From an uncultured Pseudomonadales bacterium (GTDB lineage: Bacteria; Patescibacteriota; Microgenomatia; UBA1400; PJMF01), in contig CAZOVA010000001.1 in assembly GCA_964583625.1 (NCBI GenBank), positions 76,465-140,464 on the forward strand: 64,000 nucleotides of DNA. The letters run 5' to 3'. Position 1 is the first letter of the stretch. The number at the start of each line of letters is the position of its first letter. Under the pieces are notes generated by a model. It had not been told where the DNA came from and ran no database searches. It saw only the letters and a program-made list of their open reading frames with translations. The position numbers and the translations under genes are program-made. Below, piece after piece: positions 59,312 to 64,000 of the stretch.

Positions 59312-59616
59312 TGAGTAGTCCTTTTATTATCAAAAGCCCTTTGGTAACCGAAAAAACTTTGCAGTTGGCAGAAAAAGAAAATACTTATGTCTTTTTTGTA
59401 TCTCCAGATGCAGAAAAAAATCAAATTAAAAAAATGATTCGTGATTTATTTAAAGTAGAAGTAAAGTCAGTCAATACTGTTTTAGGTTATCGGGGCAATA
59501 AAAAAACTGGTCGTAAACGTCTAACAGTTAGTTGTCAAAGACATAAAAAAGCTTTGGTTAAACTCAAATCAGGACAAAAAATCGAGCTTTTTGATGTGGA
59601 AGGTAAAGCGGAGTAA
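59311..59616 (+). CDS. rplW: 50S ribosomal protein L23
   Basis: PLVTEK, FKVEVKSVNT, KKALVKL. Confidence 0.96.
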   Translation: MSSPFIIKSPLVTEKTLQLAEKENTYVFFVSPDAEKNQIKKMIRDLFKVEVKSVNTVLGYRGNKKTGRKRLTVSCQRHKKALVKLKSGQKIELFDVEGKAE

Positions 59617-59622
59617 AAGATT

Positions 59623-60453
59623 ATGTTAAAAAAAGTTAAACCAACTAGCAGCGGTCGACGCAACCGAGTCGATATAAAAACTCCTGGCCTTTCTAGTACC
59701 AAGCCAGAAAAGTCATTATTGAAAAAAGGTCACTCCAAACGTCAAGGGCGTGGTTATAAGGGCAGAATTACAGTCAGACATCGTGGTGGTGGCGTGAAGC
59801 GTCTTTATCGAAAAGTTGATTTCAAACGTAATAAAATTGGAGTAGAGGGAGTGGTCAAACAAATCGAATACGATCCACATCGTTCTGCTCATATTGCTTT
59901 GGTTTATTATCTCGATGGTGAAAAGCGCTATGTTTTGGCCACTGAGGGAATGAAAGCTGGCGATCGGATTTTACATCAAGAAAAAGCTGAAGTAAAAGCT
60001 GGTAATACTATGCCTTTGCAACACATTCCTCTTGGTATGCCAATTCACAATTTAGAATTAGAACCAGGAAGAGGAGCTAAATTGGTGCGTAGTGCTGGCG
60101 CAGGAGCGATTATTCAGTCCAAAGATGAGAAATTTGCGACTGTTCTACTACCTTCTAAAGAAATTCGTTTATTCAAACTCGACTGTTTAGCGACTATTGG
60201 TCAGATCGGTAATAGCGATCATAAAAATGAAAAACTCGGCAAAGCTGGTCGTCGTCGCTTGATGGGCATTCGTCCTGGAGTGCGTGGCACAGCTCAACAT
60301 CCAGGATCTCATCCTCATGGTGGTGGTGAGGGTCGAACAGGAATTGGTATGCCTCATCCCAAGACTCCTTGGGGCAAACCCGCTCTAGGTTTTAAAACCC
60401 GTAAAAAAAGTAAATCACGCAAAATGATTGTCAGAGACAGAAGGATAAAATAA
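59623..60453 (+). CDS. rplB: 50S ribosomal protein L2
   Basis: [24 protein letters not shown]. Confidence 0.98.
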   Translation: MLKKVKPTSSGRRNRVDIKTPGLSSTKPEKSLLKKGHSKRQGRGYKGRITVRHRGGGVKRLYRKVDFKRNKIGVEGVVKQIEYDPHRSAHIALVYYLDGEKRYVLATEGMKAGDRILHQEKAEVKAGNTMPLQHIPLGMPIHNLELEPGRGAKLVRSAGAGAIIQSKDEKFATVLLPSKEIRLFKLDCLATIGQIGNSDHKNEKLGKAGRRRLMGIRPGVRGTAQHPGSHPHGGGEGRTGIGMPHPKTPWGKPALGFKTRKKSKSRKMIVRDRRIK

Positions 60454-60454
60454 T

Positions 60455-60739
60455 ATGAGTCGCAGTATCAAAAAAGGTCCATTTATTGATGAAAAATTGC
60501 TCAAGAAAGTTTTGGCTCAAAAAGCTGATGGTGGTAAGGTAGCGATCAAGACTTGGTCTCGTACCTGTGTCATTCCACCAGAATTTGTCGGTCACACTTT
60601 TAGCATTCATCAAGGAAAAAAATTCATTGATGTTTTTATTACAGAAACTATGGTCGGCCATAAATTGGGAGAATTCGCTCCCACCAGAACCTTCAAAGGT
60701 CATGGTCGGATTGTTAAACGGGTATTGACCAAAACTTAA
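60455..60739 (+). CDS. rpsS: 30S ribosomal protein S19
   Basis: [23 protein letters not shown]. Confidence 0.98.
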   Translation: MSRSIKKGPFIDEKLLKKVLAQKADGGKVAIKTWSRTCVIPPEFVGHTFSIHQGKKFIDVFITETMVGHKLGEFAPTRTFKGHGRIVKRVLTKT

Positions 60740-60760
60740 ACTTGATGGGAAAAGAATTTT

Positions 60761-61270
60761 ATGACAATTATTATTGCTGAACAAAAAAATCTTCGCCAGT
60801 CGTCACGTAAAGTGCGTCTGGTGGCCAATCAAGTAAAAAAACTTACCTTGAGTCAAGCGGTGGAACAATTAGCTCTGATACAAAGAAAAAGTTCTTTGGC
60901 AATTCTGAAAGTTTGTCGTCAAGCGCTAGCCAATGCTTCACACAATTATCAACTAGAGGCTGAGCAATTATTCTTAAAAGACATTGTTATTAGTGATGGA
61001 CCAATCTTGAAAAGAATGCGAGCTGTCAGTCGTGGAAGAGGCCACTCCATTCAAAAAAGAACTTGCCACGTCAAAGTTATCTTGATAACTGCTGATGAAA
61101 AAACAAAACCAACTTTGAAAAAAGTTACTCAAAAACCAGCAAAAGCAGTAGTTAAGCAAAATACTTCAACCAAAAGTGAAAAACAAACCAAGGTTGAAAA
61201 AACTAAGCTTCAAAAAACTTCTATTAAGCCAGCAAAAGATAAAAAAGCGAAGGTAAAGGAAAATAAATAA
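60761..61270 (+). CDS. rplV: 50S ribosomal protein L22 with Lys-rich tail
   Basis: RQSSRKVRLVA, GPILKR, RGRG..IQKRTCH. Confidence 0.96.
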   Translation: MTIIIAEQKNLRQSSRKVRLVANQVKKLTLSQAVEQLALIQRKSSLAILKVCRQALANASHNYQLEAEQLFLKDIVISDGPILKRMRAVSRGRGHSIQKRTCHVKVILITADEKTKPTLKKVTQKPAKAVVKQNTSTKSEKQTKVEKTKLQKTSIKPAKDKKAKVKENK

Positions 61271-61271
61271 T

Positions 61272-61916
61272 ATGGGACAAAAAGTAAATCCAATCGGCTA
61301 TCGTGTGGGGGTAACCCAAAAAGCGAAATCTAAATGGTTTGCGCCAAAAGGGGACTATGGTGCCCTTTTATTGCAAGATAAAAAATTGCGCCTTCTCCTC
61401 AATCGAGAATTGAAGAATGCTGGTCTAGTGAAGTCTGAAATTGAGCGCTCAGTCAATTCTTTACGTTTGACTATTTTTGTTTCACGCCCCGGAGTTGTTA
61501 TTGGTAAGGGAGGATCTAGTTTGGAAATTTTACGTAAAAAAATTGATAAATTGATTATAGATAAAAAAGGTGAAAAAACCAAAGTTGATATTAAAGTCGA
61601 AGAAGTTAAAAGACCAGACTTATCAGCCAAATTGGTGGCAGAAAGAATTGCTGATCAAATTATCAAGCGCTTTCCTCATCGACGAGCGATTTCTCAAGCT
61701 TTGGAAAAAGCTATGGCTGCTGGAGCTAAAGGTATTAAAATCCAATTGGCTGGCAGAATTGGAGGAGCGGAAATTTCTCGAACAGAGAAATATTTTGAAG
61801 GGAGCATTCCCACTCAAACTTTGAGAGCTAATATTGATTATTTTGAAATGCCAATCCACACTAAATCTGGCTATGTCGGAGTTAAGGTCTGGATTTACAA
61901 AGGACAACTTTTTTAA
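61272..61916 (+). CDS. rpsC: 30S ribosomal protein S3
   Basis: MGQKVNPIGYR, RPGVVIGKGG, GVKVWIYKG. Confidence 0.98.
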   Translation: MGQKVNPIGYRVGVTQKAKSKWFAPKGDYGALLLQDKKLRLLLNRELKNAGLVKSEIERSVNSLRLTIFVSRPGVVIGKGGSSLEILRKKIDKLIIDKKGEKTKVDIKVEEVKRPDLSAKLVAERIADQIIKRFPHRRAISQALEKAMAAGAKGIKIQLAGRIGGAEISRTEKYFEGSIPTQTLRANIDYFEMPIHTKSGYVGVKVWIYKGQLF

Positions 61917-61928
61917 GGATTAAAATTT

Positions 61929-62339
61929 ATGTTACAACCCAAGAAAAGAAAATATCGTAAAAGTTTTCGAGGTAAAACCCGCGGTTTAGCCATGCGTGGC
62001 AATACAATTGCTTTTGGTGATTTTGGGTTGAAAGTTTTGGAAGCTGGCCGTTTAAGTGACCGTGAAATTGAAGCCGCTCGTAAAAAAATCACTTTTGCTA
62101 CTAAAAAGGCAGGCAAATATTGGATTCGCGTTTTTCCTCACCGTCCAGTGACAAAAAAACCAGTGGGAGTAAAAATGGGGAGCGGTAAGGGAGATATTGA
62201 TCATTATGTCGCTATAGTGAAACCAGGAGCAATCATTTTTGAACTCGGTGGCGTCAATTTATTAACAGCCAAAGAGGCTTTTATTAAAGCGGGACGCAAA
62301 CTCTCAGTCAAAACTACGCTAGTAAGCAAGGAAAATTAA
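61929..62339 (+). CDS. rplP: 50S ribosomal protein L16
   Basis: MLQPKKRKYRK, WIRVFP, MGSGKG. Confidence 0.98.
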   Translation: MLQPKKRKYRKSFRGKTRGLAMRGNTIAFGDFGLKVLEAGRLSDREIEAARKKITFATKKAGKYWIRVFPHRPVTKKPVGVKMGSGKGDIDHYVAIVKPGAIIFELGGVNLLTAKEAFIKAGRKLSVKTTLVSKEN

Positions 62340-62343
62340 ACCT

Positions 62344-62550
62344 ATGAAACATCAAGAATTAAAAAACTGGCGGGAAAAAGACGAGACAGCAATCAAGGCA
62401 GAAATTAAGTCTTTATCAGAAAAATTAACTAGTGCTTATTTAGCCAAAAGCGCTCGCAAACTGAACAATGTTGGTCTGATTAAAACTTTTAAAACTGATA
62501 TCGCTCGATTGAAAACTATTTTACGTGAGCGGGAAATGGAAAGAACTTAA
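62344..62550 (+). CDS. rpmC: 50S ribosomal protein L29
   Basis: DIARLKTILRE; operon position. Confidence 0.92.
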   Translation: MKHQELKNWREKDETAIKAEIKSLSEKLTSAYLAKSARKLNNVGLIKTFKTDIARLKTILREREMERT

Positions 62551-62554
62551 ATTT

Positions 62555-62785
62555 ATGAAAACTTTGACCGGAACTATAGTTTCTTTGAAAAACACCGATA
62601 CAGCCTTGGTAGAAGTAGAAAATCGCTATCAACACCCACTTTATAAAAAATTTCTACGCAAAACCAAGAGATACGCTTGTCAAGTAGATAAGGGCTCCAA
62701 ATTAACTTTGGGACAAAAAGTAACAATTGTCTCTTGCCGACCGATCAGTAAAACTAAAACTTTTAAGGTTGTTAAGGAAAAATAA
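62555..62785 (+). CDS. rpsQ: 30S ribosomal protein S17
   Basis: [14 protein letters not shown]; ATG 62555. Confidence 0.95.
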   Translation: MKTLTGTIVSLKNTDTALVEVENRYQHPLYKKFLRKTKRYACQVDKGSKLTLGQKVTIVSCRPISKTKTFKVVKEK

Positions 62786-62787
62786 TT

Positions 62788-63162
62788 ATGATTCAACTTC
62801 GTTCTGTTTTACAAGTCGCCGATAATTCTGGAGCTAAAAACTTGCGTGTTATCTGTGTCCATGGTGGCTCCAAACGTCGTTTTGGTTATCTAGCAAATAA
62901 AATTACTGCTTCAGTGATCAAAGCCGACCCCAATGGCACCGTTAAAAAAGGAGAAAAGGTCAAGGCAGTTGTCGTCCGCACCCGCAAAGAATATCAACGT
63001 CCAGGCGGAGAGCTGGTTCGTTTTAGCGACAATGCCGCCGTGATTATTACTTCTTTGGAAAATTTAGATCCAGTTGGCACTAGAGTTTTTGGCCCAGTGG
63101 CTCGTGAGGTGAAAAACGCTGGTTTTACAAAAATTGCCAATTTAGCAGCGGAGGTACTCTAA
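62788..63162 (+). CDS. rplN: 50S ribosomal protein L14
   Basis: [19 protein letters not shown]. Confidence 0.98.
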   Translation: MIQLRSVLQVADNSGAKNLRVICVHGGSKRRFGYLANKITASVIKADPNGTVKKGEKVKAVVVRTRKEYQRPGGELVRFSDNAAVIITSLENLDPVGTRVFGPVAREVKNAGFTKIANLAAEVL

Positions 63163-63163
63163 T

Positions 63164-63478
63164 ATGAAATTTAAAATTAATGATCAAGTAATTGTGACCG
63201 CAGGCAAAGACAAAGGTAAAAAAGCTAAAATTACCAAAGTTTTGCCAAAGGTTGATAAAGTGATCGTCGCTGGCGCTAATCTTTACACCAAGCATTTACG
63301 TAAAATGCCAGGAAAAGCTGGAGAAATAGTCAAAAAAGAAAGACCCTTGTCAGTTGCTAAGATCGCGATCTTAAATGAAAAGGGTCAACCAGACAGAATC
63401 GGTTATTTGCTCAAAGATGGTAAAAAAGTGCGAATTTTTAGAAAAACCAAAACTATTATTGATGAGAAAAAAAGATAA
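63164..63478 (+). CDS. rplX: 50S ribosomal protein L24
   Basis: KOW motif DQVIVTAGKDKGK. Confidence 0.97.
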   Translation: MKFKINDQVIVTAGKDKGKKAKITKVLPKVDKVIVAGANLYTKHLRKMPGKAGEIVKKERPLSVAKIAILNEKGQPDRIGYLLKDGKKVRIFRKTKTIIDEKKR

Positions 63479-63484
63479 GCTTAT

Positions 63485-64000
63485 ATGAATAGACTTAAAG
63501 AAAGATATCAAAAAGAAATTGTTGCTACTTTACAAAAAGAGCTCAATTATAAAAGCAGCTTTCAAGTGCCTCGATTGAAAAAGATCGTGGTCAATATGGG
63601 TGTGACCGATCCCGCTGATCCTCGAGCTCGCAGTCAGATTATGCCCAATCTCAAAGCTCAAATTGCTTTAATTTCTGGCCAAGAACCACAAATCACCAAA
63701 GCCAAGAAAGCAATTTCCAACTTTAAGTTGCGTCAAGGAGATCCGATGGGAGTCATGGTGACTTTGCGCGGAGAAAGAATGTGGGAGTTTTTGGATAAAC
63801 TAATTGCTATTGTCTTGCCGAGAGTCAAAGATTTTCGTGGAGTCAGTCGCACCGCTTTTGATGGTCAGGGAAACTATAGTTTGGGGATTGAAGAACAAAT
63901 TATTTTTCCTGAAATAGCTTATGATCAAATTGATCGAGTACGAAGCTTGCAGGTAAATTTTATTACCAATAGTAGCGACCAAGAAGCTTACCGTCTATTG
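63485..64000 (+). CDS. rplE: 50S ribosomal protein L5 (partial, runs off window end)
   Basis: Manual translation MNRLKERYQKEI...VPRLKKIVVNMGV...FKLRQG...LPRVKDFRG...IIFPEI. Confidence 0.96.
   Translation, partial: MNRLKERYQKEIVATLQKELNYKSSFQVPRLKKIVVNMGVTDPADPRARSQIMPNLKAQIALISGQEPQITKAKKAISNFKLRQGDPMGVMVTLRGERMWEFLDKLIAIVLPRVKDFRGVSRTAFDGQGNYSLGIEEQIIFPEIAYDQIDRVRSLQVNFITNSSDQEAYRLL

Noticed and set aside
1032-63982. Numerous 60-140 aa ORFs nested in or antisense to assigned genes
   Set aside because: Shadow frames of well-supported CDSs with no independent signals.

Overview
AT-rich, very compact 64 kb window whose gene content and architecture fit a Patescibacteria (CPR, Microgenomates-like) chromosome; the taxonomy is inferred, not searched. 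Core genes: valS, rpoD, typA, lepA, rny, secY/secG, adk, map, hrcA-grpE, recO, an rpsO-rpsL-rpsG-fusA-tuf operon, the S10/spc operon (rpsJ to partial rplE) and tRNA-Pro(TGG). Surface and envelope genes include glycosyltransferases, four VirB2/TrbC-like pilins (two a perfect 417-bp duplication with different tails), a VirB6/TrbL-like protein, a WxL-like pair and a 7x57-aa beta-propeller. No CRISPR array, integrase, transposase or reverse transcriptase was seen. Most notable: (1) two adjacent secreted proteins at 40.0-42.7 kb carry three copies of a domain I do not recognise, one copy in a GC-rich gene with a ~300-nt structured leader and two alternative MKKL starts; (2) three orphan genes share one cassette layout (sigma70 promoter, hairpin, boxA-like motif, strong SD, own terminator), whereas many housekeeping genes are near-leaderless; (3) structured leaders precede rny and rpsO. 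All product calls come from motif recognition by eye.
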